Part shown: positions 50,929 through 62,899 of the stretch, one piece after another | Numbering within the stretch: the first letter of the stretch is position 1 | Layout of the letters: the number at the start of each line of letters is the position of its first letter | NCBI GenBank assembly: GCA_030390025.1 | Contig: CM059432.1 | Coordinates: 24,740,001 to 24,804,000 of the forward strand | DNA: 64,000 nt | From: Squalus acanthias | Lineage: Eukaryota | Direction: 5' to 3' | Program-made: the position numbers and the translations under genes | Notes under the pieces: generated by a model | What the model was told of the DNA's origin: nothing | The model's input: the letters and a program-made list of their open reading frames with translations, nothing else | Database searches by the model: none

Positions 50929-51672
50929 GGCCCAGAAATTGATCTCGCTCTGTTCCCGCGGGGGTAAGCCTTCCCCGCGATGTCTCACCTCGCTTATGCT
51001 TTTTCTGATCCAGCTCGCACGAACTTGATGTTCCAGACATCAGCTGTGCTGGGCTTGCGTATCCCAGCGGCGTAGTGAATTCGTGCGAGCTGTGGGATCA
51101 CGTGACTCAGTTAGAGCCAATGGCAGCACACCATCTTCCATTCATAAGTCTCACAGCATGGCTGTGAGACTTATGAATCTTACACCCCCCCAAAATAACA
51201 GCTAAACCTCAATTAAATTTTAAAAAAAAACCATCACATTAATAAAATAAGTATAGTTAATTAAATTAACCATTTTAAATAAAAAATTAAATTTTTGAAA
51301 AAATTTAAAATCTTTTAAAAAGTTATAAAAATAAACTTACCTGTCTTTAAAGTCTATAAAAAAGATATACCTGTAAAAAAAAATTCAAAAAAATACTTAA
51401 TTCACTACTTACCTTCTTAAAAGCGGGTCTTACTCCTCCTTTTTACATTTCCAAAATCTTCCCTACTTACCTGCGCGTCCAAAGCATGAAGTGCACAGCG
51501 TGCGCGCAGCCTGTAGCGCGCACGCGATGCACCCAGGCCCCGCCCCCTTTTCAGAAGAGCAATTGCCGGTTTTCAGCGCATGCGCAGGGCATGCAGAAAA
51601 CCAGCAATTGGAGTGGGAATACGCGAGAGTATGCAGTGCGTACTCTCGCGTCCCGGGATCAATTTTCGGCCC
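50929..51672. mobile_element. Harbinger-type MITE (744 bp), uninterrupted sister of 11123-13748
   Basis: TIRs GGCCCAGAAATT / GGGCCGAAAATT and TSD ATT (50926-50928 / 51673-51675). Confidence 0.9.
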
Positions 51673-51869
51673 ATTAGTTTTTGAGCTCCAATTTTTTACC
51701 TTTGATTTTTTTTCTCGGTTTTTGATTTTAAGAACTGAACAGAGCCAAAAAGAAAACAGGTTTTTCAATCAGCAATAAAAATTGATTTTAATGATCACTA
51801 CACTTCTTTCAGGACACCCAGAACCAATGTTAGGCTTGCTGGTCTGTAGGTCCCTGTGCCCCTTTTGTT

Positions 51870-52290
51870 AAGAAAGAAAGACTAGCAACCTTCATGACCT
51901 CAGGATGTCCCAAACTTTTTGAAGTGCAGTCACTGTTGTAAAGCAGGAAACACGGCAGCCAATTTGCGGACAGCAAGCTCTCACAAGCAGCAATGTAATA
52001 ATGATCAAATAATCAGTTTTAGTGATGTTGGCTGAGGGATAAATGTTGGCCAGGGCCTGAGGAGAATGACACTTCTGTTATTCGAATAGTGCCATGGAGT
52101 CTTTTACATCCACCTGAGAGGTTGGATGGGACCTAGTTTAATGTCTCATCTGAAAGACGGCACCTGAGCCAGTGCAGCAATCCCTCAGCACTGCACTGAA
52201 GTGTCATCCCAGATTATGTGCTCAAGTCTCTTTGTGGGACTCAAACACAGACCTTCTGATTCAGAGACGAGAGTGCTATCACCGAGCCAA
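51870..52290 (-). mobile_element. Deu-SINE (SacSINE1-like)
   Basis: Colinear with 44607-45075, with small deletions. Confidence 0.85.
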
Positions 52291-52294
52291 AGCA

Positions 52295-53130
52295 ACTCTG
52301 ACCAAGTTCCATCTTTAAACTGAGGACACTCTCCATCGTGTCATGTGGCACCACCACTGAGCTACATGGGATAGATTGAGAACAGATCTAGCAGCTCAAA
52401 ACTGGGCATCCATGAGACTATGTGGGCCATCAACAGCAGCAGCACTGTATACAACCACAATCTAATCTTATGGACTGGCACATACCTCACTCCTCCATCA
52501 CCATCAAGCCACATGACCAACCATGGTTCATCGAAGAGTGTAGAACAACATGCCTGGAGCAACACCAGGCATACCTGAAAATTAGGTACCAACCTGGTGA
52601 AGCTACAACACAGGACTACAAGCATGCTAAACAGTGAAAGCATCATTCTATAGACAGAGATAAGCGATCCTACAGCCAATGGATCAGGTCAAAGCTCTGC
52701 ATCCCTGACATATCCAGTTATGAATGTTGATGGACAATTAAGCAACTAACGGGAGGAGGCTCCATGAACATCCCCATCCTCACCAAAGGCAGAGCCCAGC
52801 ATATGAGTGCAACAGACAAGGTTGAAGCTTTTGCAACCATCTTCAGCCAAAAGTGCTGACTGGATGATCCTTCTCAGCTTCATCCTGAGGTTCCTACCAT
52901 CACAGATACCAGTCCTCATCCAATACGATTCATTCCACATGACACCGAAAAATGGCTGAGTGTACTGGGCACAGCAAAGGCTACAGGTCCCAACAACATC
53001 CCAGCTGTAGTGCTAAAGAGCTGTGCTCTGAACTAACCATGCCCCTAGCTAAGCTGTTCCAGTACAGCGACAATACTGGCCTCTACCCGACAATGTGGAA
53101 AATTGCCCAGGTATATCCTGTCCACAAAAC
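52295..53130 (+). mobile_element. Decayed non-LTR retrotransposon ORF2 fragment (CR1/Jockey-group, distinct from the other CR1s here)
   Basis: QPWFIEEC, KATGPNNIP and PLAKLFQYS...WKIAQVYPVHK, i.e. the linker and start of the RT domain. Confidence 0.8.
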
Positions 53131-53419
53131 AACAGGACATATATGGCGATATATGTCCAATTGCCTTTCACTGCACACTGAGCAACTTCTAGTAGTTTCC
53201 ATTGGCATTTACTGTTAATTGTGAGGTGCTGTTCTTTGTGCTTGACATTGTCGGCCAGCACGGACAAGATGGGCCAAATGGCCTTCTTCTGTGCTGTAAA
53301 TTTCTATGATTCTATGATGATTGCTGACAGTCCCTTTTGGAAAATGCTCATTTGGAGATTCTGGGGATGGGATGACCCCATTTGTCAGATCAATCCTATT
53401 AAGCAACATCCGCTTGGAC

Positions 53420-53902
53420 TGATTAATATACTGTACATTGAGAATCCAGAAAGTACCTTCGGAAATATTCCCTATCAGAGAATGCCTCTTGCTAACCACA
53501 TCTCCAGTAATTGGCAGCAACTAAATATTAGAGTGTTCTGCAAAGAAAATTCAGTCGTCATCAGAGTAAAATTGATTAGGATTGAGTGAACTGGCTTAAT
53601 TTTGGCTGTGTTTAAATCGCAAGCTATTCAATACCATGTTTAAATCTTTCTTTCAGCTTCCCTTTGTGCAGACCATAGCACTGCTTCCACTGAAATAGTA
53701 TCCTTGAATTTGGAGGCAGAGTGATACCATTACCCATAGATTAAGTCAGGAGTACTCATTAAACTGCCCACAAGCAGCTGGTGTTGTTGTTGATTATAAT
53801 TCAGTACAGTGAAAAGCCAGAACATTTCTTAGGAAGTTTTCCCTATAAGAGAATGTCCTTTGCTAACTACATCTCCAGTGATTGGCGACAGTCAAACATT
53901 AG
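53420..53902. repeat. Diverged ~110-bp direct repeat (53420-53531 and 53791-53902)
   Basis: Ungapped alignment at offset 371. The core is 42/48 identical by manual count. Confidence 0.85.
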
Positions 53903-55520
53903 GGCCGCGATTTTACTTACCTCAGCGGGTCTGTGGCGGGCGATGTCGGTGGCGGGTCCCGACCCCGCTGCTGGCTCCATCCCGCTGTCTGAAATGAATT
54001 TTCATTGATTGGGCTTGTTAAGCCCACCCAGCATGTTACCCGGCCCAATTAGAGAAAGCGGGTCTGATGACGTCATTTCATGACGCGTCATCAGCCGGTT
54101 TCCTTAAAGGGACCATGGCCACATTTGTCTTGACATTTGTGCTGTCAGTGTTCTACAGCATTGAGGTGCTGCAAACACTGACGATGACTGCACAGAGGCA
54201 GAGGGCTGCACCCAGGCTTTCCCTTGACAGTCACAGCACGCAAGGAGGTCCTCCTTCATTCCCATGTGGAAGTGACCTCCCTAGGAGACCAAGACAGCCT
54301 GATTGCACATTGCACAGGAGGCACAAGCAGGGATGTCATCAGGCTGCAGTGGCGCAAACCTTTCAATGGTCTCATTAGATCACAAAACGTTAGTACAAAG
54401 CCACACTCACCTTCATCCTGCTGTGCCTCTCATCACATCCCCATAACTCTGCCTTCCCTACCTGCACATCCTTACTCACACCAACTTACCTTGCAGCTTC
54501 ACCCATCCCTCTCTATCTATATTATCACATCCCCATCTCACTAGCCACCCATCACACTCACCCTCATCCTAGTGCAATCATACCAACTAACAACACACAA
54601 GGGTAGCCACTTGGGTCTTTTATCCAATGTTCATGTAAAGTTTCATGAAACCTTTATTTTCAACACTTTGCGTTCTTGGACAGATTTGTGTGCACCTTTG
54701 GAAATGTCTTAGTGAGTTGCAGTAAATGGTGAGACCCCCCGCAATGGTGGTGAGTGTGAAAGGAATGGCTTGGACATTGTAGGAATACTTTATGGTCTTG
54801 GTGCGGGGTGGTGCCAACCTGGTGCATCATGTGGCAGCCATGGTGCACAGAGTCAAGTGAAGTAAATCTGGCCATGGTGAGGCCATACCTGGCCTCCCGG
54901 GCAGCAATGTGCTCAGGTGCTGATGCCCTCTGTCCTGTGCAGTTGTTGTTGTTGTTGCTGCTGGTGTTGGGGCTGATCGTGGTGGGATTCTGAGGACCAA
55001 GGTGAGACAGTATAAAGGATACCCATGTTGATGGAATAGAGGGCAGGTGATGTACAGATGACAGAAGCATTCTGTCAATGGTGAGAGAGTTCTTCCAAAG
55101 AGTGGATGGAAAGTGGAAAGCCTGCAGAATCTGTGCTGGAAATGGACTGAGATGCAGCTTGTGGCTGAGGAAAGTGATGATCTGTCAGGTGGGAGCTTTT
55201 ACTGTACATTTGAAGCTGTCAAGGAATCAGCTGGAGCAATGACCACTGAACCCCCGCCTCAGGTTGACAGTCATGGCCCCCGAACAGTGCAGTTCCCATC
55301 GCCATGAAGTTAAAGTGAAAAGGTAAGTTAAAACAGCCTGTTCATGATCTGTCAACAAGGCAATAATGAGATTAATTAGGCCCACTGCCGCTGCCTATTG
55401 GGTCTGCTCAGCACTGACAGACCCGACATTGGGAAAGGCACGTGTCGACAGGTTAACAGCAGGGTCCAGACCCGCTGTCAAAAAAAAAACACTTTCCCAC
55501 CCGATCCACCACCGAACCCA
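53903..55520 (+). mobile_element. Non-autonomous Harbinger with Myb/SANT region (copy 3; Myb frame broken, far end lost)
   Basis: Starts GGCCGCGATTTT, colinear with 62900-64000 and inverse to copies 1, 2 and 4. Confidence 0.85.
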
Positions 55521-55539
55521 CCCATTGATCCTCATAATC

Positions 55540-56027
55540 TTAGCTCACACCAAATCCCATTCAGCCATCACCACTGTACTCGCTGACCTACATTGGCTCC
55601 CGGTCCACCAACTCCTCAATTTTAAAATTCTCATCCTTGGGTTCAAATTCCTCAATGGCCTCGCCTCTCTCTATGTCTGTAACCTGCTCCAGCCCTACAA
55701 CCCTCCAAAAACTCTGCGTTCCTCCACCTCTGGCCTTTTTTGCTTTCCCGACTTCCTTCACCACACTATTGGTGGCCTTACCTTCAACCATGTAGGTCCT
55801 AAGTTCTAGAAGTCCCTCCCCAAACCTCTTCACCTCTCTGCTTCTCTCTCCTCCTTTAACATGCTGCTTAAAACCTACCTCTTTGACCAAGCATTTGGTC
55901 ACCAGTCCTAATGTCTCCTTCTTTGGCTCTGTGTCAATTTTTGTCTGATTACACTCCTGTGAAGCGCCTTGGGACATTTTACTACGTTAAAAGTGCTATA
56001 TAAATGCAAGTTGTTCTTGTTGTTGAT
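55540..56027 (+). mobile_element. L2 LINE 3' end
   Basis: VLADLHWLPV motif and tail AAAGTGCTATATAAATGCAAGTTGTT. Confidence 0.9.
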
Positions 56028-56084
56028 GTATTTGCACATCTCTGTTACAGGCCTTAGACTGCATCAGATTAGACAGTGTATCCA

Positions 56085-56655
56085 TTGGTGAGACCACACC
56101 TGGAGTACTGCGTGCAGTTTTGGTCTCCTTATTTAAGGAAGATATACTTGCATTGGAGGCAGTTCAAAGAAAGTTCACTAGGTTGATTCCTGAGTTGAAG
56201 GGGTTGTCTTATGAGGAAAGGTTGAGTAGGTTGGGCCTATACTCATTGGAGTTTAAAAGAATGAGAGGTGACCTTATTGAAACAGATTCTGAGGGGGCTT
56301 GACAGAGTACATGCAGGGAGGATGTTTCCCCTCGTGGGGGAATCTAGAACTAGGGGGCATAATTTCAGAATAAGGGGTCACCTTTTTAAAATGGCGATGA
56401 GGAGGAATTTCTTCTCTCAGAGGGTCGTGAATCTTTGGAATTCTCTACCCCAGAGAGTTGGGGAGGTGGAGTCATTGAATATATTCAAGGCGGAGATAGA
56501 CAGATTTTTGAACTACAGGGAATCAAGGGTTATGGGGAGCGGGCAGAAAAGTGGAGTTGAGGCCAAGATCAGATCAGCCATGATCTTATTGAATGGCAGA
56601 GCAGGCTCGAGGGGCCAAATGGCCTACTCCTGCTCTTATTTCTTATGTTCTTATG
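56085..56655 (+). mobile_element. CR1 LINE 3' fragment
   Basis: RPHLEYCVQF, YEERL and RGDL motifs, with a single 3' terminal motif and TTCTTATG tail. Confidence 0.92.
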
Positions 56656-57057
56656 TAAATATGCTATTAGCAAGATTAGGTACATGTGGCTGCTTTATTG
56701 TGGGTGTGTGAGAGTGGCAATCGTGCAGTTCACTACTACTTGATGAAAGTTTAGTGAGTTTCCGTGGTTTAAGTGAAAGTTTCCTTTTTGTTGGCCCGAT
56801 ATGGTTTGTACAGAAGATTTGGATGGTTTTATTTGGGACAAGTGTTGTATTTGAATCTGCTGTATGTGGAATAAGACTAGCTATTTAACCATCAACACTC
56901 TTGTCTCCTTTTGTTAAGCTATGTGTTGCTCATATAAATGTTGCTTACAAAATTTCAATGAAGCCATTTTTGTGAGTGTGGTGTGATTCCTCTATATTCC
57001 AGAGGTATTAGCTTGAGGGGAAAGTTTTGCACCAAAAAATGTAAATGCAGCCTCTTA

Positions 57058-58825
57058 GGCCGGAATTTTCCGGGGTAGTAGCGGCCACGAACGGTGGCGG
57101 GTCAGGTGGGAAAGTTGTTATTTTTGACAGTGGATCGGGTACCCGCTGTCATCTCGCTCCCACACGCCTTTCCACCAGGCATATCTGTCATCGCGGAGCT
57201 GACCCGACTGGTTGGCGACCCAATTGAGATGATTAACAGCTAGTTGTCAGACACTTAACAGGCTTTTTTAACTTACTTTTTAAATTTAACTGCATGGCCA
57301 CGGTAACCACACCGCTCGGGAAGCACGCCTGTCAACCTGAGGCGGGAGTTCCATGGCCATTGCTCCAGCTGATTAGTTGATAGCATCAAATGCACAATAA
57401 AAGTGACAGATAATCACTTTCCTCAGGCAGAAGTTGTTGCTCAGTCCATTTCCAGCACTGATTCTGCAGGCTGCAAGTCTTTCCAGCAAAGTCTTCATCC
57501 AGTCTCACCTCAATGGAAGAACTCTCTCACCATAGACAGAATGCTTCTGTCATCTGTACTTCACCTGCCATCTATTCCATCAACATGGGTGCCATTTATA
57601 CTGTCTCACCTTAGTCTTCAGAATCTGACCATGATGAGCCCCAACACCAGCAGCACCAACAACAACAACACAAAACCTTCTCCGCAATCACCTGATGCTG
57701 CACAGGGCACAGGGCATCAGCACCCGAGCACATTGCTGCCCGGGAGGCCAGGGATGGCCTCATCATGGCCAGATTTATTTCACTTGATGCTGTACACCCA
57801 TACGGCTGCCAAAAGATGCGCCAGGTTGGCACCACCCCACACCAACACCATAAAGCATCCCTACAATGCCCAAGCCATTCCTTTCACACTCATCACCATT
57901 ACGGGGGGTACCGTTATGTCTCACCATTCACTGCAACTCACTAATCCACTTCCAAAGGTGCACACAAACGTGTCCAAGATGGGAAAGAGGGGAAAATAAA
58001 GATTTTTATATTTGACACTATATTAACAGAAACTTTACATAAACATTGGATAAAACACCCAAGTGGCTATCCTTGTGTGCTGTTAGTTGGTATGATTGCG
58101 CTAGGATGAGGGTGGGTGTGAGGGGTGGCTAGTGAGATGTGGAAGTGATAATGTAGATAGAGAGAGAGGGATGAGTGGAGGTGCAAGGTATGTTGGTGTG
58201 AGTGAGGATGTGAAGGAGTAAGGTATGGAAGACAGAGTGATGGGGATGTGATGATAGGCACAGCGGGATGAAGTTGAGTGTGGGTTTGTAGTCATGTTTC
58301 TTGATCTAATGAGAGCAAATAAAGGTTTGCGCCACTGCATCCAGGTCCTCCTGACCACATCCCTGCTTGTGCCCTCCTGTGCAATCTGCAACCAGGCTTT
58401 TTTGGTCTCCTGGGGAGGTCTCTTCCACCCATGGGAAGGGACGAGGACCCCCCTGCGTGCTCTGACTCCCTCCATAAGCATATGGAGGGAGTCATCGGAG
58501 AACTTGGGTGCAGCCCTCTGACTCTGTGCAGTGATTGTCAGTGTTTGCAGCACTCCAATGCTGTAGTGCACTGACAGCACTATGTTAGATTAAACGTCAA
58601 GTCTAATGTGGCCATGGTCCCTTTAAAGATCCCAGCTGAAAACGCATCATGAATGACGTCACCAGACCCGCTCCATTTAATTCATCCGGGTAACGCGCTG
58701 GGCGGTCTTAATAGGCCCTATTAATGTAAGTTAATTTTCAGCAGCAGGATGGAGCCAGCAGTGGGGTCACGACTTGCCCTGGCCACCGCCCGCTCCGGAC
58801 CGCCCAGGCAGGCAAAATTCTGGCC
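57058..58825 (-). mobile_element. Non-autonomous Harbinger with Myb/SANT ORF (copy 4, both ends intact)
   Basis: TIRs GGCCGGAATTTT / GGCCAGAATTTT and TSD TTA (57055-57057 / 58826-58828). Minus-strand ORF PKFSDDSLHMLMEGVRARRGVL...RRTWMQWRK. Confidence 0.9.
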
Positions 58826-59109
58826 TTAGTGTCAAATTGACAGCAAGATCCCAGAAACAGTAGTTAAATTAATAACTAGTGAATCTGTTTTGGTGATGTT
58901 GATTGAAGTAGGAATGTTGGCCATGCTCACCAGAAAAATCTCTTTATTCCTCGTCAAGTAGTGTTATGGGATTTTAAACATGCACCTGACCTTGGTTTAA
59001 TGTCTTATATGAAGAGCATCACCGAATGTCAACCTAAATCATTTGCTCAAATCCTGCAATGGACTTGAACCCACAACTTCCTAACTCAGAGGCATTAGCC
59101 GCAGGCCCC

Positions 59110-59508
59110 TTGAGTATAGAAGATTGCGGTGTGATCTGATCGAGGTGTTTAAAATGATGAATGGATTTGATAGAGTAAAGACAGCAAAATTATTTCCTCT
59201 GATGGGGGAATTAAGAACGAGGGTTCACAATCTTAAAATTCGAGCTAGGCCATTTAGGAGGGAAATCAGGAAGCACTTCTTCACACAAAGGGCAGTAGAA
59301 ATCTGGAATGATCTCCTTGAAAAGGCTGTGGGTGCTGGAACAATCGGAGCTTTCAAGACTGAGATCGGTAGATTTTGTTAGGTAAGGGCATCAAGGGATC
59401 CGGAGCTAAGGCAGGTAAATGGATTTGAGGTACAGATCATCCATGATCGAATTGAAAGGCGGAGTAGGCTCAAGGTGCTAAATGGCCTACTCCTGTTCTT
59501 ACATTCCT
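59110..59508 (+). mobile_element. CR1 LINE 3' fragment
   Basis: RCDLIEVFK...RKHFFTQR and the GGCCTACTCCTGTTC tail. Confidence 0.88.
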
Positions 59509-60771
59509 AATAGGACACTTTGATGTTGTGTAATTTTAGACTGCATCACTTGATGATTACATTGACAAAAGAATTTGAGCAAATATTAGAAATGGAGCCA
59601 TATTTCTTCATAACATTTATGGCTGAAGTCCTCCTGTCTATAATAATATATTTTTTAAATCTATTAGTGCCTGGAAATTGTTTTTTTTAAGCATTAAATG
59701 CATTTTCCATGCTTTGCTATTAAGTTTCATTCTGAAATGTAAATGAATTGCTGTCATTAAGCGTGACTACAGAAGCAAAATACGAGCAATTAACTGAGGA
59801 GCAGGATGGACAGAAATAAGTACAGAATAAGTGTCACATTTTAAAAACCATTTCTACATCTAAAATATATTTGAACTGAGGATTAAATCTTCCTGTCCTG
59901 AAGAGAGGTACCTAGTCACAAATCCACTATATGTATATTCTGCTACTGATTCAAGCACTATAGCCCCAATTTCAACCCTGCCCAGCTGACGGGAACAGTC
60001 CCCAGTAGTCAGTAGGTGCTTATAATGGGGAGTGGGAGGGTACTGTGGTTGGGGAGAGGGGAAAGGGAAGCCTGGGACAGGGAAGGCACACGGTTTCCTT
60101 TTCGGACCCCGAGGAGCACACCTGCTCCTCCTGACTCACAAGGAAACAAAAAAAAACTTAAAAATAGGCTTGTATTCCCTTGAGTATAGAAGATTAAGGG
60201 GTGATCTAATTGAGGTGTTTAAGATGATTAAAGTATTTGATAGGGTAGCTGGAGAGAAACCGGCCTAGAATTTGGTTCCGTAGCACCCGTTGTTTGGGCG
60301 CTACGGGTGCCAAATTATGACCAAAATGGTTGCCAACCATTGCACGCACACTTCAGGTGCCAGCTGCGCTGGACGCCATTTTGGTGAGGGCAGTAGGGTG
60401 GCCCATTAGGAGCATGCGCTAGAAGTATGGTAAGTAGGGAGATCGTGACGTCAATCCGTGTGCAACGCTGATTTGATGCCAGTGCTGCCATTTTCATGTC
60501 ATCGCTGGAACTAACGCCCTCTCTCAACCTCGCACAGCTGAACATGCGTTCAGCAGCAAGAAGGACACCCCATCAGCGCTATTAATGGGATCATCAACAA
60601 CATTCAGGTAACTTGCTTTTTTATTTCTACTGGCTCTGTGTAAGTTTGTGGAACTGTTTGGAGCTTTCTATTGTTCTTTAAAGTTGGTGTGGTGGCAGGG
60701 AGTGGTGCTGCAAGTGGAGAAGGCCTTGCTTCTGAATTCAAGGGTTCTGGTCAGACCACGTGCTCCCAATC

Positions 60772-61941
60772 ATGGGTGCTGTAGTTGCTTACCCCCTTGG
60801 CCTGCAGCATGACAGGGAGATGGAGCAGAGGCAGTGAAGAAGAGGACAAGCTGCTCGCAGAGGGAGGAGGAGGAGGGGGAGAAGGGCTCTCAGCAGGAGG
60901 CCTTACGCACCTAGAGACTTCCGAGAGCAATTCTCTTACCTCAACCTGAGCCAAGAGCAGTGTCTGAGACATTTGCGATTTACGAAGGAGGTGCTCACAG
61001 AACTCTGCTACCTCTTGCAACCAGACCTGCAGCCTCTCTCCAGGGCAAGGACAGCGCTGCCAGTAGCTGTGAAGGTGACTGGGGCTCTGAATTTCTTCGT
61101 GTCAGAATCCTTCCAGGCTGGAGCAGGCGACATCTGTAACATCTCCCAGTTTGCAGTCCCCTGCTGCATAAGAGAGGTAACAGAAGCTCTTTATGCTCGT
61201 AGAGCGGACTTCGTTGTTTTTTCTGACCAGAGAGAAGCAGACGGAGCGTGCACGTGGCTTTGCCAGGTAAGCGGGCTTCCCCATGGTGCAGGGCGCTATC
61301 GACTGCACGCACGTGGCTTTGCAGGCACAGTAGACAAATGCTGAGTTGTATTGCAACCGCAAAGAGTACCGCTCGCTGAATGTGCTGTTGGTGTGTGACC
61401 ATGCTCGGCACATCATGATGGTGAATGTTCAGTATCCTGGCAGCAGTCATGATGCTTTTATTCTGCGCTAGTCCACTATTCCCACAGTCTTTGAGCCGCC
61501 AAGACAAACCAGAGAGTGGCTAACGGGCGACAAGGATTATCCTTTGACCACCTGCGTCATGACTCCACACGTGGGCAGCATATTTACAACGAGCACCATG
61601 CTGCCATATGAAACATCATAGAGCAGACCATTGGCATCCTTAAACAATGCTTCTGCTGCCTCGACTGCTGTGGAGGAGCCCTACGTTACTCACTGGAGTG
61701 TGTGTCCTGATTCGTCGTGGCCTGCTGAATCCTTCACAACTTGGACATCATGAGAGCACAGCCCTTGCCACCAGGGATACGGCCACCAGCTCAGGAGCAG
61801 GGGGAGGAGAAAGAAGAGGAGGAGGAAAAGGAGGAGGAGGTGGAAGAAGAGGAGGCAGAAGCGGAAGGAAGGAGGCAACCCAGACAGCCCCTTTCTGCCT
61901 GGGATATCTGGGATCGAATCATCCGGCTGCGGTTCGATTGA
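60772..61941 (+). pseudogene. Harbinger (HARBI1-like) DDE transposase with stops and frameshifts
   Basis: RFTKEVLTELC, VQGAIDCTHV, YPGSSHDAFI, WLTGDKDYP, IIEQTIGILK, an acidic tract and RIIRLRFD*. Confidence 0.92.
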
Positions 61942-62177
61942 ACGCAACCCCACTTCTCCATTCAACATTAATCCCACACCTTACCTTCCTCTGTTACTGA
62001 CCATCACAGCATCATCTTGGCCACAATGTTGAAATAAAAGCCACCACAAAGCAAACTTTCCAATCAAACTTTATCCATATATGCATCCAATACTACATCA
62101 AAAATTTAACTAATCACCCTTGTACATTCCCTTAGTGACTATCATGCCTTTTCCTATCCTAGTGCTCCTATGCAGTG

Positions 62178-62655
62178 CTACCCCATTGGCTGCAGCATGG
62201 CTGGTGGAAGGCTGCTGATTTTCAGTGGGGAGAATGCAGATAGCCTTGCAGGATGAACTCGAGGAGCTCTGGGTCTAGTAGGCTCGACTTCGGACAGCAC
62301 CACCTCTGCATCGGTGGCAGCCGTCTGGGCTGGCTGGCTGACGGGCAACAGCAAGGGCACTGGTGGAGTGACAGTGGTGGGAAGATGAATGCTGTCATCC
62401 TGAGAGGACAGCAGGGTCAGCCTCCACAGATCCATTGCCACTCCCCAAGGGCAGTGCCTCAGCAATCCTAGTAATCTGCTGGAGTACAGACTGCTGGACT
62501 GCTGTGACACCTTGCAAGCCCCTTTCCACACTGCTAAACCCAGCCATGATGGCACCAGTCTGTGCTTGCATGACTTCAGTCTGAGCTTCCATTGCAGCAC
62601 TCAGACATTGGATGGCTTGTGCTTGTGCTGCAATGGAAACTGAGACTTCAGCCAT
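62178..62655 (-). pseudogene. Probable C-terminal remnant of the Harbinger Myb-like partner gene
   Basis: Low-complexity, coiled-coil-like frames convergent with the transposase inside the TIRs. The Myb domain itself is absent, so the call rests on position. Confidence 0.5.
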
Positions 62656-62866
62656 CAGATGCTACCTAATTTTTAGGCCATTATTTTCTCCAGTGGAGGA
62701 ATCCAGAACAAGAGGGCATAACCTTAAAATTAAAGTTAGGCCATTTGGGGTGATGTCAAGAAGTATTTCTTCACACAATGGGTAGTCAAAATCTGCAATT
62801 CCCTCCCCCAAAAATATGTTGAGGTTAGGTCAATAGAAATTTCAAAACTGAGGTTGATAGATTGAC

Positions 62867-62899
62867 AGTTCTGATGAAAGGTCATCGACCTGAAATGTT
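62867..62899 (+). ncRNA. Truncated hammerhead motif (17011 family), cut by a Harbinger insertion
   Basis: AGUU-CUGAUGA-A-AGGUC-AUC-GACCU-GAAA-UG-UU, followed directly by the TIR GGCCGTGATTTT. Confidence 0.7.

Larger units (their letters stand above)
60262..62679 (+). mobile_element. PIF/Harbinger DNA transposon (2.4 kb), decayed
   Basis: TIRs GGCCTAGAATTT / GGCCTAAAAATT. Transposase on the plus strand and a convergent second ORF remnant on the minus strand. Confidence 0.9.
60165..62862 (+). mobile_element. CR1 3' fragment split by the large Harbinger
   Basis: GLYSLEYRRLRGDLIEVFK (60165-60261) resumes at ~62683 with RTRGHNLKI. Confidence 0.8.

Noticed and set aside
60772..61941. Domesticated host gene HARBI1
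   Set aside because: It has in-frame stops and frameshifts, is enclosed by TIRs and is inserted in a CR1, so it is a transposon fossil.
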